From NCBI GenBank assembly GCA_002633005.1, contig NMRA01000022.1, forward strand, positions 1,108,518 to 1,172,517: DNA of 64,000 bases, given 5' to 3'. This DNA comes from Phoronis australis (taxonomy: Eukaryota > Animalia > Phoronida). Numbering within the stretch: the first letter of the stretch is position 1; each line of letters begins with the position of its first letter. The notes under the pieces were generated by a model that saw nothing but the letters and a program-made list of their open reading frames with translations, was not told where the DNA came from and searched no databases. The position numbers and the translations under genes were made by a program. This document shows, in pieces, positions 13,975-27,900 of this stretch.

Positions 13975-15156
13975 ATTTGAGAGCATGGAGGTGATTGGCC
14001 TGCATGAATTGATTAATAGTACATGTACGCGTTGAATAAGCAACAGCGCCCAATTGATTAAGTAAAACTTGACGCGTTAATTAAGCAAAAGTGTGCATTG
14101 AATAAGAGAAGAACGATTATCGCTTTAAAAACTAATTTAGAGCGTCGTTTAAGCAAAACTACGCTTTGATCATGCACGCGGAAAGCTACAAACTACGCTT
14201 CGGCGTTTCACAGGTGATCACTGGAGACACACGTGTGGACTCAAGGCATTATCTTGCGTCGCTTATGAAATGGGCACTATGAATTCCATAACCCACATAT
14301 CGCCGTTCATCATCTTATCATTACAGCGTTCTGCCGTTCAGTAACTTCTCCAGAGGTGAGGGGTGCTGAACGTGCGATAACATCTAGCTCTTTTGTTAAC
14401 TGCCCAGCTCAAGCTTTTGTCCCAGGCTTCAAAGGAAACGTTTGGTGGTTGCACGCTATTACCGAACGCGTACGAACAGTCAAACCCAGTGCGTTGATAA
14501 TCCGTTTGGACCGAATAGATTGTCTTAACTTCTGTTGTAGTTGGGCGACAATGGTGATTCAAAAACGGAACATGATCTGCATTTGAGGAGGAATTCAGAA
14601 ATGCTAGTAGTTTAAGCTCAAATATGTTATAACTTAACTTTCATTTTTATCAGCCCAGCCCAGTCAGGGTAGATATGATCTTATTTGAGATTAGAGCAAT
14701 TGTCGAACAAAGGAGAGCTGGCCCTTCAACCATGAATGCCAGAATGGGGTTAATCAGTCGTGTAAGATTTTAGCTTCAGGGGTGAACTTCCCAACTTGTT
14801 GTTGGGCAATAAAATCGAACAAGTTGGGATCAACGGGAAAACGCCGTATAGCGAGTGTTGAGCGAACTGTTTTCTTTGTTACAAAAGGCTGAGAACTATG
14901 AAATAAAATAAAGTTTAATAGATTGTTTTTCACTTATATGACTCTAGCGGCAAGGTGAGTGTCGGTTGACACCAAGATATTTGCACGCTCCCCTGCCGGT
15001 TTGAGAGCTATGCATGTTGATATAAGTTTCGCGACGAGGTGAGGAGCAGAACTACCCGGCTATGTGAAATTTCGGAGTCTAACGGAGCTCAACACAGTGC
15101 TACTGGTACCTAGTTGTATTTTGAAGATAGTTTTCATACAGCTAACTGGCTGGTTA

Positions 15157-16154
15157 CAGTGGCGGATCTAGGATATCACAAGGGGGGGGGCCCAACATTT
15201 TGTCCATCTGTAAGCATTTGCGCAAACTGAACCACGATTGTAGATGCGCATAGCACCGAATGGGGGGTTTGCCCCCCTCCCGCCCAGGAAATTTTTCTGT
15301 TTTTACCTCTAAAAGTCAAGCATTTTCCTTGATTCCTGAGGTTTTATTCATGAAAAAAGTCAAAAAAAAAAACGGAGAACGTGTCAAACAGGAAAAGAAA
15401 ATGCAAGTATCAAAGCCTCGAACTCACGACCTGGCGAATAGTGCGCGCGTGCGTTACCACTACACCACCACGATTTAACTAAGAATCTCATAGGAAGAGA
15501 CCTACTTCTTTATTGTCCACAGCGTTTGCGCGCGAAACCTACTTCTTTTGTAATGCTTATTACACGTTTTATATTTTGTGCCATCGATTCTTAACAAATT
15601 TGTCGCATTTAAAGTAGTCTTCAAATGCCAAAAAGACCAAATCCGTTTTTCGTGTTGGCAATAATGACGGGATTGCTTTGGAAATCGTCTTAAGATAAGG
15701 TTTTGCAAAGAGAGTATTGCGAGTTTCTGAGTGATTCGCTAAGGCTTCGATTAAAATTCACATCTTACCAGCAGCTTCTGTTTTTTCATCGTCACTCAGG
15801 TTCCATTTTCTTTAAAATATGAAGTAAATTTTCTTCATTGCACAGTGGAGCAGACGATGGAAACGGAGTCGTAGTGCGCAGCGCCACTGCCGGTCGCCTG
15901 GGATATCGCGGGAGAGCTTATACTTAGCCATAGTTCCGTTACGAATGCGCCGTGTTCCGAATTTGACACTTGAAATTGGATTTGAGCCCCCCCCCAACAC
16001 TAAAACTGCACACATTTAAATCTTTTTTCATCCGCATAATTTTAATTACCCGGCGTTAATAAACTCAACATTTCCCTACGCTCTTACTGTTTTATTTTTT
16101 GCGGCAGCCAAGAGGGGGGGGGGGGCCCTGGTCCCCCCCCTAAATCTGCCTATG
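15157..16154. mobile_element. ~1-kb non-autonomous DNA transposon (CAGNGGCGGAT family)
   Basis: TIR CAGTGGCGGATCTAGG / CCTAAATCTGCCTATG; exact 5-bp TSD GGTTA. Confidence 0.8.
15414..15475 (-). other. tRNA-like Pol III head (SINE remnant) inside the 15157 element
   Basis: A box TGGTGTAGTGG and B box GAGTTCGAGGC; no complete cloverleaf. Confidence 0.45.
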
Positions 16155-17826
16155 GGTTAGGCCCTGGGATGAATCAAAGTCACAGGAAAGAAAACGTACT
16201 CGCATGGCTAATGACCTACATGTATTTCTCTTTGTGGTGTACAGCCTCAGTGACGTCACGAAATACAGCGCTTGCAATGGGGGTTTACGGAACTAACAAA
16301 TTTTTACATTTCAAAGTAAAAAAGAAAAATACTGTGCACTATTTAGGAATATGTGGATGCCAGTAACCAACTTTATACTTTCAAAATTCATATTAAAATG
16401 CCGAAATATGTAGTTCAGGCCTCTTTTAACCTCGTGTAGAGAAAATTAGTGAGTTATCAATTCCAATATTTTAGGACACATTCAAAATGTACAGAATTGT
16501 CATTTTATAAGACCTTTTCGTTAGCCACGGTGCAGTCGTATGCGCATAGCACACTTCAACAAAACGAAAGCTAATCTTTGACACTTCCAATCTACAACCT
16601 ACAATACTATTTGTGTAATCAAATTACGGAAACCGGTGTCTCGCCATTATCTCTTCAAATGTTAAGTTCACTGCCCGTTTCATCGATTTTTCTTCTGCAA
16701 TAAGTCACACAACTGAAAACTTATTATCATTTCAACAGTCCGCCGTGAAGCGATAGTGCAGTAGTGGTGCACGCGCCGTATCCCATCTAATCACAGAAGG
16801 CATTTTTTGCATGCGTACTCGCTAGATAGCAATAGAGTGCTTGGTGGACAAACATTTATCATCAATTCCGATACAAGTATTGCCTTTCACCGATATCAAT
16901 TAAATTTTGTTGATTTCATACCCAAATATCTTAAATGATCTAGGCCAAATACATGAAAGCAGTTCAGGGATTTTCATCTACCGTGTTGGTGTTGTATTAT
17001 GGAACGGTGGTCGGCTCCAAAACATCCAGTCAAGTCACCGAAAACAAGTTAGCTTGTAAACACTTGTCAACTGAGCTCAATATGATTGAAAGCACGAGTC
17101 CACTACAGCACGCTTTTTCTAGCTGGTAACTTCGACTTGCAGTACAAAAACCGCCAATCCGCCAGAGTATAATTATCAACACACTTGTCCATTCCTTTGG
17201 TTCAGTTTCCGGTACACTATTTGTTTGATGGTGGGTAATAACAGAAACAAGTGGTCCGACTGGGAAATTTACAGGCCTCGAACCAAATATTATCTCTGAC
17301 CGACCCGGAACTGCTTCATACCTACTTTCAAATTTCTAGAAAACCAGAAATTGTGAAATACAGCAAGCCCGTAGTTACAAAATTCAATTGATCTATAAAG
17401 AATTTGTATCCATATCGAAACCGGGTCGTTCAGTTGTATGTTGTATCTGGACAATGCTTATAACCGGTGTCACCGTCGGCCCTTGACATTACGATTTTTG
17501 ACCCTCCTATTGCGGTGTAGAGGCGTACTAGTGGTGTCTTCAAGGCAATAAGGTACTGGCTGAAATAAATTGAAATGTTACTTACAGAAACTGGTATCTT
17601 TAACATGTTTGGCTTCTGAAATTGAATTTCTCGTGAAATGTTAATGTACAATCCTTTTGCGGACGAAAGTCGACAAAAATTAGCCAGAACGCTGTGATGG
17701 ATTTTTATGTTTAAAGTGGAAGCGTTTTACATTAATGTATTAATTCAGCGTGGTAGATAATTGACGTTTGCGTCGTGACATCTGGCAAACGACCGAGCCT
17801 AGTGAATACCAAAAGAAAGAATGATA

Positions 17827-17986
17827 CCTGGCGTGCGTTCAGTAGACACTAGGACCTACGCTAGGACCTAGCTAAAACTTAGTAAAAGTCATGTGCTCTC
17901 ATTTAAAATGCACAGCAATATCTCACGTAATCTCGCGAAGTCTTGCTTTTTAGCGAGGTCCTAGCGTTTCTGAACGGGAGAGGCAG
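17827..17986 (-). mobile_element. MITE-like family A, copy 2
   Basis: Reverse-complement similarity to 870-1029 over the full length. Confidence 0.75.
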
Positions 17987-18443
17987 CAGGCCTCCTCATG
18001 TCTAAAATCGTTATCGTCTGGAATACGGACTAAAAGGGAGTTAGTTGTAATGCTTTGTTTGCTGTTTTATTGGAGAAAAACGACAAGCCCCAGTGGCACG
18101 CTTTCTTAATTAATGCGACACACAGATATGGTTCGCTGATATCCCAAAAAGGACTGAACTAGCGGAGCTGAATAGATGTAAAATACAGCGTTTTTGAAGA
18201 CATGCTCATTTAAACTCTACAGCAACAATGTTCCATTACAGTGTCGCAACAAACATGGATAGATGCAACGTGGCCTCTATACCGGCATGGACGGCCCAGC
18301 ACTGAAATAAGTGGTGTGCCGCCCATGTCCGTGAGCGGCGCAGCACTGACATAACTAGGGGCTATAACTGCCCAGCCCCCTATGGTGCGCCGTCCATGTG
18401 TACTCGTGGAGCCCATCCGTTAAAACGCACCCCCCCCCCCCTT

Positions 18444-18491
18444 NNNNNNNNNNNNNNNNNNNNNNNNNNNNNNNNNNNNNNNNNNNNNNNN
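18444..18491. other. Assembly gap (48 N) flanked by poly-C
   Basis: N run seen directly. Confidence 0.99.
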
Positions 18492-19521
18492 CCCCCCCCC
18501 CCCTTACTTGTACATGCACATTGTATGCATTGATAAACAGACACACATGTACGCTTAGACACATCATGAACCGTCATTATGAAACTAAGAGCAATTACTT
18601 CCCCTTGATGAAAGGTAATGGTCATTACCATCTAATCACGGAATGAGAAGTTACTTTGATCTCGAAACTCTGCAAAAGGAAAACTATCATTTCATTGAAT
18701 TTTGAGTAGAAATGTTGTAAACGGAGAATGCAGCTTGTCTTTCACTTTAATCAAGGTCCACAAGCTTCCTTTTGATATAATTAATTTTACTCTCAACGCC
18801 GTTACAAAAACCTTAATCACATCACAGTTCATCTTCTGGTCTTTTCCCATGTGGAACTTGATTAGTTCGCTGCGCCACACTTTGCGTTTTTTAGAAATGG
18901 GTGGTTAGCGTGTATGTGGCAAATTGCAACGGACCACAAATTGAGAAGTAAGATGCCTGAATGACGTCAAAGCTTCATTTGCGGTGAAATTAAATCAATT
19001 CATATGCGTCATTGAATGGGTTACCTTGATTGCATACATGACCGTTCAACGGAAAGGTCTCCAAAGTTTTATTGCCGCGACGGGGAAAGGCTAACATTCA
19101 AGTGCAATGCAGACCGAGACATTAATAACAAGGCACCTTTTTTCTCTATGAAATTGCATTGCACTGTTTCCTTGGACCATCCAAAATAACCGTTACAGTT
19201 TTCATCTACCTCTGTGTCTTGTCACCGTCTGCCTGGCGATTAAACATGGAAAAGCGTACAAAATACTCTCATTTTGTTCTTATACCAAGTCAACAAAATG
19301 TATATAGTTTAGTTAGTTGCAAGGTAACTGAAGAAAACCGATTAAACGTATGTTCTTAACGACTATTGTTAACGTGAAAAGGAATTTCCATACTGTGTGT
19401 GCTGATCAAAAGGACAGTGTAACTTTTTTCGTGTCATGTGAAATGACGCTTACGTTTTTCAATGCTTTCAAATTTCAGGGGACATTCTCACCGAGAAAAG
19501 TAACTATACACAAATTAATAG

Positions 19522-19590
19522 TTGCGTGGAATCGAACTCACAACAGCAGCCGAACGTTCTTGCCGGCTCTTAGCCACTTGCTACACGTTA
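19522..19590 (-). other. tRNA-like Pol III head (SINE remnant or tRNA pseudogene)
   Basis: A box TAGCAAGTGG and B box GAGTTCGATTC at tRNA-like spacing; stems imperfect. Confidence 0.45.
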
Positions 19591-21019
19591 AATAGCAGAG
19601 TACTTAAAGGCCTACTATGGTGCGAAAATGACATGCATTGATGATAAACATCAACTTACGGTGTTGTAGCTTACCCCAATCGTTAATTAAGTAGACCTGT
19701 TTAAAAACAGTACCCACATCACGAACCCCATATAGTGCCAAAAAACTTGAGATGGCGCTTGCACCAATCGAAGTCTATGACATCATCGATACAATTTGAC
19801 TTCCACCGTGTTGGAATCAGCGATGACTGGTCGTTTAATTTAGTGCAAAAAACGTGCAAAATCAAGGATACACATTAATTGTTCATTTCATGTCAATTAA
19901 TAGTCAAATTGATCAAAAGCATTGTCTTTAGAACTTTTTATTCAATTATTTATCACACATTGTAATACGGGCCTAATGTTAATCCGCAAGAGGATGACTG
20001 GTGTCGCTTAAACAGTCGAAACGTTATCAGGCAATTACACTATCTTTATTATAACGTGTAGTTTGCTTGGTATAAAAATTTTGACGTTAGGAACTTAGCA
20101 TTCATGTCTTCTTGAAGTCGAAGGTGTGAACGCTGCGCAATTCTGATACGGGCCAATGTCGAATGGGTGTCCCGTCTTAAAATCGGTGTACGTAAATGAA
20201 ATGACACTCAACTGCTACGCAGTGAAGCTTAGGAGAAATTTCGCTTGCACGATGATGTCATGTGTACCACTTTGTGCTGTTTGGTTGAGAATTTCTCAGG
20301 GACTCTCGAACCCGCAAATTACGGGCGGTGTAATTTACGTCGCAATTAATTATTTTCCGTGGTATCCAAGTAAAAAAACATTTTGTAAAAACCAACACTT
20401 GTATTTCTGGTGTTAAGAGGGTGAAGGCTATCTTTAAAGCGTTTAATAATTGTAAAGACACCGGCCTTGATTTCCAATCGTAGCTAGAAGACAAGGACGA
20501 GAATTGGCTATTTGTTATAAAATATAAGAAAACACTGGTTGTGTTATTTTACAGCTCTGTTCAAAGCTAATAAATCCTAAAAGTCTATCACACTAAATAG
20601 TAATCACCACACGGCGATTTTAGGCCGCATATATGTTAACGTCCTTTTCACGCAAAACTAATTGAAATACACCTCACACAAATAAACAATAAAGACGCTA
20701 ATTTACAGAAAAATAGTGTTATATTTATAAAATGTGATTAATCTACAAATACCAATTTTGCATTTACAGTTTTATAAGCCTGTGCATCCCTAGGCGGATT
20801 TAGAAGACACACAGGGAGTCGTCTTCTGGACACGAACGTGCCGTTTTTAAAACCTACATGTATGGCTAACTCTTTGACCTTCGCAAACTGCGGTTCCCGG
20901 TTGCCTCCTTACAGATACAGCAGTAAAAATATTTTTTTAGAGAAATTCCATAAAGATTTTGCTCATAATACATGTCGGAATCTTACATGGATGTCAACCA
21001 AATAGTTAGGTATACACGT

Positions 21020-21440
21020 TACTGCTGTCGACACCTTTTGGTCAAATTATAAAACTATTCCTAGAAATAGTTGGGTAGTTGGCTGCCCCGCCTAGTGGTC
21101 AAATATTGAAGTCATCCAAAGGAATAGATATCTGGTTAGTTGGTTGACAACTAACATCCAATAGCTGCCCCACCTGGTGGTCGAATGTTAAAGCTATCCA
21201 AAGTGACAGGCAGTTGGTTAGTTGGTTGACATACAACATACAATAACTGCCCCACCTGGTGGTCAAATATTAAAGCTATCCAGAGGGAAAGTCAGGTACA
21301 TGTAGCTAGTTGGTTGACATCCAACTTCCAACAGCTGCACCACCTGGTGGTCAAATGTTAAAGCTATCCAAGGTGACGGGCAGTTGGTTAGTTGGTTGAC
21401 ATCCAACATCCAATAGCTGCACCGCCTGGTTGTCAAACGG
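21020..21440. repeat. 82-bp tandem repeat (~5 units) with CTCF-like motif
   Basis: CTGC(C/A)CC(A/G)CCT(G/A)GT(G/T)GTC motif whose core ends at 21098, 21180, 21262, 21350 and 21432. Confidence 0.9.
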
Positions 21441-22242
21441 CAAGACTACACAAAAGAAGATAGCAAACTGGAGTTTGGATCATGTATTGGCCATTACAGG
21501 GGGTAATTAGTTTAATTGGATATGAACGAACTATTAGTGTCTGTTGCATCAAAATAGTCACTTATAAGCCATGGGCCGTAGCTCCAGTCTTTTCATCCTG
21601 TGACCATTTTAAGGAGGGCAACTTGATTTTTTCTGTATGGCTAGATATACCATTAAGCAATTGATATCTGAAAAGTTCCCATGCTTAAGTTTCACATTTT
21701 TTGTAGAAAAACAGTCTTTTGTGAGTCCAAATGTTACATTATTGAACAAGAGGTAGCGATAAATCCAACAAAAGACTTGCACAAGATGGCATTTTAGCCA
21801 ATCGCAAGCTCAAAAATTAAGTAGCTGCAGACCTAATCTAACGTAGCAGCTCCCTTAGAGATGCTGTCAATAAATGCTGCATACACTTCCAAGCACTAAA
21901 TTCGTCTGATTTGTTGAGTTTCTCGAAAGTGACATGGGCAAAGAGCATTGACTGTGTGAATGAATGACTTTCCCTTGGAGATGAAGACAGTAATGAGCAC
22001 AACGTGTGTCAGCAGTTGGCATTTGCATCAATAACTGCAGGGATTGGCGTGGCCGTAGTATCACAAATCCTTTTATACAAGCTTACTGGCGTTACAAAGA
22101 TTGAAAGAGCAAAGAGAAAAGGTTGCGAAACTATAAAGTATGCCGATAATAGAACCCCTGATTACGACTAAGATGATGGTGAGTGTTAAATTTTTCGTGG
22201 GAGTAGGCCTATGATAAATTGATGCAAGTCAGCGCCTCAGTA

Positions 22243-22486
22243 GGAAACAGGTCACTTCATACCCAAGTCAACACGTACCCAAGTCAAATTTCAAAAGTAT
22301 TTCAAAACTATGTAATTTGGCAAAGCAGTGATTAAAATCAATCAAACGTGCAATATTTATGCAAAACGACTCAATATTACCCGTTATTTCGTGAATGAAA
22401 ATGAAAATTTATTAGCATTGTTTTTAGCACGGGTATGACTTGACTTGGGTTGGAGTTGGCTAAGGTATGAACTAACTGGAAAACCC
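22243..22486. mobile_element. MITE with tandem subterminal TACCCAAGTCAA repeats
   Basis: Left CATACCCAAGTCAACACGTACCCAAGTCAA pairs with right GGGTATGACTTGACTTGGGTTGGAGTTG. Confidence 0.6.
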
Positions 22487-23700
22487 TCTTATGCACAACT
22501 CGTAAAAATACTGTGTTCCCTCGATTCTGTGTCTGGCCTGTTGGTGTTTGGATCGATCTTCCAGATAATTTACTGAATAATCTGCCCGTGGGATGGCATT
22601 CAAGTGCAGGTAAGGCACATAATCCAATAACAAGATGGCCATTTTCTTCAGTGTACATTGTTATTTTCTCAGTGACCATAACTCTGGGCATTGAGTAAGA
22701 TATCTATCAAAATTATATTTTTTGTAATGTTCAGGGAAGGGGAAGAGGTAACCTCCATACTCGAAGCTCAATTCGAAAACTGACCAATTGCATGCCACAA
22801 TTCTAGTAAATTCACTTGATTTGTGCACTGTGGATAGTTAGGCTTTGAGTCTGAGTTTGGAGATTACACCCTGGGCCCAGGTGATTGGCCATCATTGTCA
22901 TTATTGAAATCAAAGATGTTGGAATGCCGTGCGGTTACCGACGAATAAAAATATAAAATGGTCCATAGCACACCCTTTACAAAGAGCGCATCGCTCAAAA
23001 CGTGGGGATATTTTAATATATTTTACTACCAACGCTCGTCGTTTTAGTTATACTAGTTCTACTGTAATGTAATTATTGACTACAGAATGCACCTATACCT
23101 GGAGCGCCACCTTTAACATTTTTAAGCTACTTTTACTCTCAGGTTTTGCTAAAAGCCTGTACTTCAGATGTAGGTGCAGCTTTACATGGCTGAGGAATAT
23201 CAAAACACAACAAATATTTTGAGAACAGTCATTTTTATTGAGTTTTTACTCATTCAACCTAGTTTGTTGTTGGTTTGATTTCAAAGTAATTTTGTACAGT
23301 GTTGTTGGAACACTATCTTTAAAAGTTCTACTTTTATGTGATTTTTGAAATAACAAAATTTATTTGAGTGAAAGTACAATTTGCATGATTGTAATGACTT
23401 GTGTGCATATCTGAAATTGTATGTTAACTTTCAAACCAAAATTTATTTTCAAGACCATTTTGCATACAAACCCATGGGTATCTTTTTCACTTTTGAGCAC
23501 AAAACGCTAGGTCGTCTATATGCATGTCTTATTTTGAGTGTTTACTATCTGTCATTTGATCATTCTTTGTACTTCCATTCAGTTCTTGTAATAAACAATG
23601 AGTGAATGTCAACATCTATCATTCTGGAGGACAAGCCTACAATGTTTTCCATATTTTTAAACTCTGACAACGGTTTTTATTATTAATTTGCTTGGTTGTA

Positions 23701-24090
23701 GGTGGGTTGTTTTTGGATGCTGCTAAGGCAGGAAATGGCATGGACGTTTTGAACAGAGTACAGGGAAGAGATCTTGTAGCACTCGAAGTCAAATACCATC
23801 GTTCTTGATACAAAGGCTTCATAAGACTAATGACAAAACAGATATCTAACGATAGTGAAATTTTCACAGATGTACTTCAAGAGTTTTGCTTTAAAGTTGT
23901 GGAGCAACGACTAATCTCGCATGGGGGAATATTGCATTTGACTCTGTTAAAGTCACTCCTCGAGGAAATTTTATCCAAAAGAGGTTGTAATGTATGTGTC
24001 CGAACTAGAAATCTGAAATTGAAATTACAGTGAATTTACTCTATTCTACACTTCCTTAGTTCAAAACGGAATCGGAGTGAATTGTTGTTA
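23701..24090 (+). pseudogene. Decayed DNA-transposase N-terminal region (Academ-like)
   Basis: One frame with 2 stops: GGLFLDAAK...RDLVALEVKYHRS*YKGF...EFCFKVVEQRLI...LKLKLQ*IY...SELL. The D(L/C)VA.E.KYH..CY motif is recalled from invertebrate transposases; the superfamily is inferred. Confidence 0.55.
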
Positions 24091-24837
24091 AACAAACATG
24101 GGTTCTTGTGTAAAATGCTGGACTAAAATTCATTGAAATGTGCAACTGCCAAAACTGTGAGAATGTCAAAGTTAGTGATGAAATTGAGTCAGATGATGAG
24201 TGACAGTGTGATGGACTTGCATCCCAGCCAGAGGAACTTGGATAGACATCTCATCCAGAGACAGAAACCTGCATCAGGGTTATCCGGCCAACTGAGGATC
24301 GGAAGCAGCGAAAACAAAATTGATAATATGTTCTGATCGCTTCTGGCATATATGATGCACATGGCCCTGTCAATCAAATTGAAAGGATAACTTGTTGAAA
24401 CATGTAATTTCATGTTTGAATAACTGTGGATAGGATTACGCAGAGTGTGCGGTAAACGAATGATCCAACTCGAGGGTTTCTTGCAATAAGGATATTCTGT
24501 CACGATCAACTCTGGTGTCAGGAATCCGGCACAGTCCCAAGTGCCTTCGATGTCACAAGAGTGAGTCAACACCTTTGTTCGAAGTCTAATGCACAGTTAT
24601 TGCACAAAAAAAGCAAAATTCAATCAAATGATCCAGATAATCGAAATGTCACGTTCACATTCAGTATTGCTTCATTCGTAAAAGCAGACGTTTTTAGCAC
24701 AAACTCCAGGAGCACAGAAACGGTTACGTCTTATAACAGTGTACGACAATATAATCGTCCGGGTGAATAAAGAACGTCCTTGCTACTGTCTTTACCAGGA
24801 TTTGTCCCAAAGCAGGAAATATATTTCTGTGAGTCAC

Positions 24838-24913
24838 CTATGTTGACCGCCTGGGTTCCAATTCATGTGAAAGTTTATTCAAAAGCCTCTGGTTGTCGAT
24901 GACACTTAGATTC
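24838..24913 (-). CDS. RAPGEF4: Epac last coding exon ([24 protein letters not shown])
   Basis: ttgcag| acceptor; VIDNQR..LSH.LEP C-terminal motif; TAG at 24840-24838. Confidence 0.95.
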
Positions 24914-27900
24914 CTGCAAATGCAATGCCGTACATGGAATAATGGTGAAGTAGGTACATGCAACTATATTTACCTAATTACTAACCTCTCAATATTTCGC
25001 ATTATACCTCTTACTTCGTCCTGCGGGATGCAACGAAAGTGGTGACACTTAAACATTCGAAATCATCATGAGATCAGGAAGAATTTTACACATTATTTCG
25101 AAGGATTGAACAACCTTCCGTAAAGGCCACATACTATTACTGCAGCACAGTTCGTAATGAACAATTTTTCTGGAAATTTGTGAATGAATACATGCTGTAG
25201 AAAAACTATCCGAATGAACCTACTCTTAGAATTATTTTGACAAAATTTCCATTTAAGATTGACAGAGAGAGACAGTATCAATAGCTTTGAAATTCGTTCA
25301 CTCATTTTCTTCCCCCCGTATCTCCCGACGTTTTCAAGGGTTTTGAAATTACAAGTGCCATTTTCAGACCAAAGGCCTTCAGGTTTACTTTCAGAAATTC
25401 TCCATAGTATGTGAACAAAGTTGAATCTCACCGAAAACAAGTGCAACCTACCTAACGTAGTGACAGAGGTCAAGAGGGGATTTCTGTGCTACTGGTGCTT
25501 CAAGTTCTGAAATCCCAAACATTTGCCGTTAGTATCTCCAACAGTTGCCAAGACAACATACATGTACATTCAAAACTACAAGCAGAATAATCGCAGTGAA
25601 AAGCTCAAAATGAATAGTATCTAACACATTTCGCACAAAATCTGCATTGGAAGGATTTGGCAGATGACTGGTTACACGAACAGAAAGGATACAGGCAATT
25701 CCCTAAAATCTGACGATTTCTAAAATCTCACTTGAAGCAAAGTTTGATATCTAAATGACCCCAACTTTCATTCTGTTGCATTGCAATTCACGTCAAATAA
25801 AGTCTCGTTTTTTAACGTAGCTGACGCGCAATTTATTCCCTAATTCGGCGCAAAATGAACAATGGCAGTGCGCGGCAGTAAAAAGTGAACCTAAAGTCTT
25901 TCTTTACAATGAAAGGTCCTAATGAACCGCTTTACTATTTAACGTTTTAATGTGCGTAACTAAATTCAAACCCTAGAACGTCGGTGTCAAACGACGAGGG
26001 AAAACAAATGGTGTGCACCGCAGTAAGATTATGTGCCTCGGTCGTCTGCACTTATTTATTAAAAACACAATGCTTTCATCAAATAACATGCTGCAGCGAA
26101 TTTTGTTGGAAAAAGCGCTGTTTATATCGAGGCACACGGCATAATAATTTGGCGGCAACATGCCCCCGGCCATTGCATAGTTATTTAGTTTATCGCCTTG
26201 TGGCGTATAAGGCAACACGGTGTCCGCCTTTTATGTTCTACGTTGGAGTATGCATCAAAAATGTAATAGACACAAAGAGAAAACTCGCACACTTAGCGGG
26301 ATACGGCCACGCAAGAGACTGCACTTCTACCGCCACTGCATCTATCTTCATACCGGGTAGAGTTAAGTAACACTACACCTGTAGGTCCTCGTCAAAACGC
26401 AAGACTTACGTGAGGTATTGCCTTGAATTTGAAATGAGAACACCTTATTTGGTCCAGATTTTAGCGAGGTCCTAGCGTAGGGCCGAGCGTTGCTGAACTC
26501 TACTCAGTCTTGAGGTTACTGAATTTTGATATAGATAAACCTTGGTGACGACATGTCCTGCTGGTACCTCGTAACATGTTAGATAAACATGTGTCAATAC
26601 GAATAGTTGGTGCAAGATGCAATGTAACGTATGGTCTTTGTAATCTCTCAGATTTTCTCTGGGGTCTGTAAGGACCACTGCAAACCGAGATCTACACTAA
26701 ACGCTTCAAATGCAAATATGCTCAGCTCATAGCTCACGTCTGCGGTAAAATAAACCGTGAGGAGTATGTCTTGTTAGAGGGTTAGGCGAATGTTTCATTT
26801 ATTGGATTTCTCTTACCTGCCTAGTGTACATCCTCTGCTTGTGAAACGAACTAAGTGCTTAGCCGATTATTTCCGGAAGTCAATGAAAAGTAATGATTGC
26901 ATGATCTGGCAATTGCAAATCTCTCTCGCTGGTTCGTTATCGCAATGCGTACCAAATTTACGCTGTTTACTAAGAACGTAGTTTTAAGGTCAGAGAGCAT
27001 TTTGCTTTCTGCTTCACTATTATGTGCGTGAGTGACACTGACGTAAGGTAAATTTTGCCGAGGCACACAACTGTGCTTGTAGCTCTACGTTTGTGCTGGC
27101 CCTACTAAAATACTCACCCAAATTCTTGCTCTTGCACCACCTTATTGTTCTCAGGGGCATGGCTAACATTCGCTAAAAAATAAATTAAACGTGTCAGAAA
27201 AGTTGTAACGTGTTGACGTAAGCAAATTAATTTCGCTAAACTTGAGATTTTTGGTTATCATCAAAGCTAAGATGGAATCTGCACAACACTGGTAAAAAAC
27301 AGTCAACTTACCATTTTTTCGAAGTTTACCAGTCCTTGAAAATAAGTCTTATTGCCGTCATTTGTGAATGTCATGTCTGAAAGTTAATATATTTCAGAAA
27401 TTACTTAATGTCTACAATACTTCAATATGGCTTTCGCTTGTAACGCCCTCTTTCCCTTTAGTAAACGTAGTTTGTCACACTTGTAACATCTTATGAAGCA
27501 ACCATGGTAACTTTTAATCAAATAAACACGAACCACTTAATTCACCGAAAAGGAGTCTCGATATCACATACTCTCGTTACCAACGCCACATACTGTACAT
27601 GTACGTTGACACGGAGAGTGGATACTAGTAAATGACACCCTTTTTGGTTAGTTACACTGTAGATCAAGCAGAAATTTACTACAGGGTATTGTATGTGTAT
27701 CAAAGGCATTGCTGAATGTATAGCAGATGGAGTTGCATTATCACATGCGGTAATGAATCTCGACAATACGATTATACCAAGTTAGCGCCAAATATTTCAA
27801 AAAGGTTCAGACTCGCCTTTCAACAACAGAGGAATGAAAGGTATAACCGGTGGTTTCAACTTGGCCAGTGTTTGTCTGTATGCCCGGTGGTTTCTTGAGG

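Noticed and set aside
25684-25692. Second U12 donor GTATCCTTT (and ATATCCTTA near 24490)
   Set aside because: No upstream exon with Epac homology and no matching branch site; treated as chance.
26472-27066. Candidate Epac terminal exons ([13 protein letters not shown].., ..AITNQRE..)
   Set aside because: Much better matches with correct phases were found at 25452-25506 and 24838-24913.
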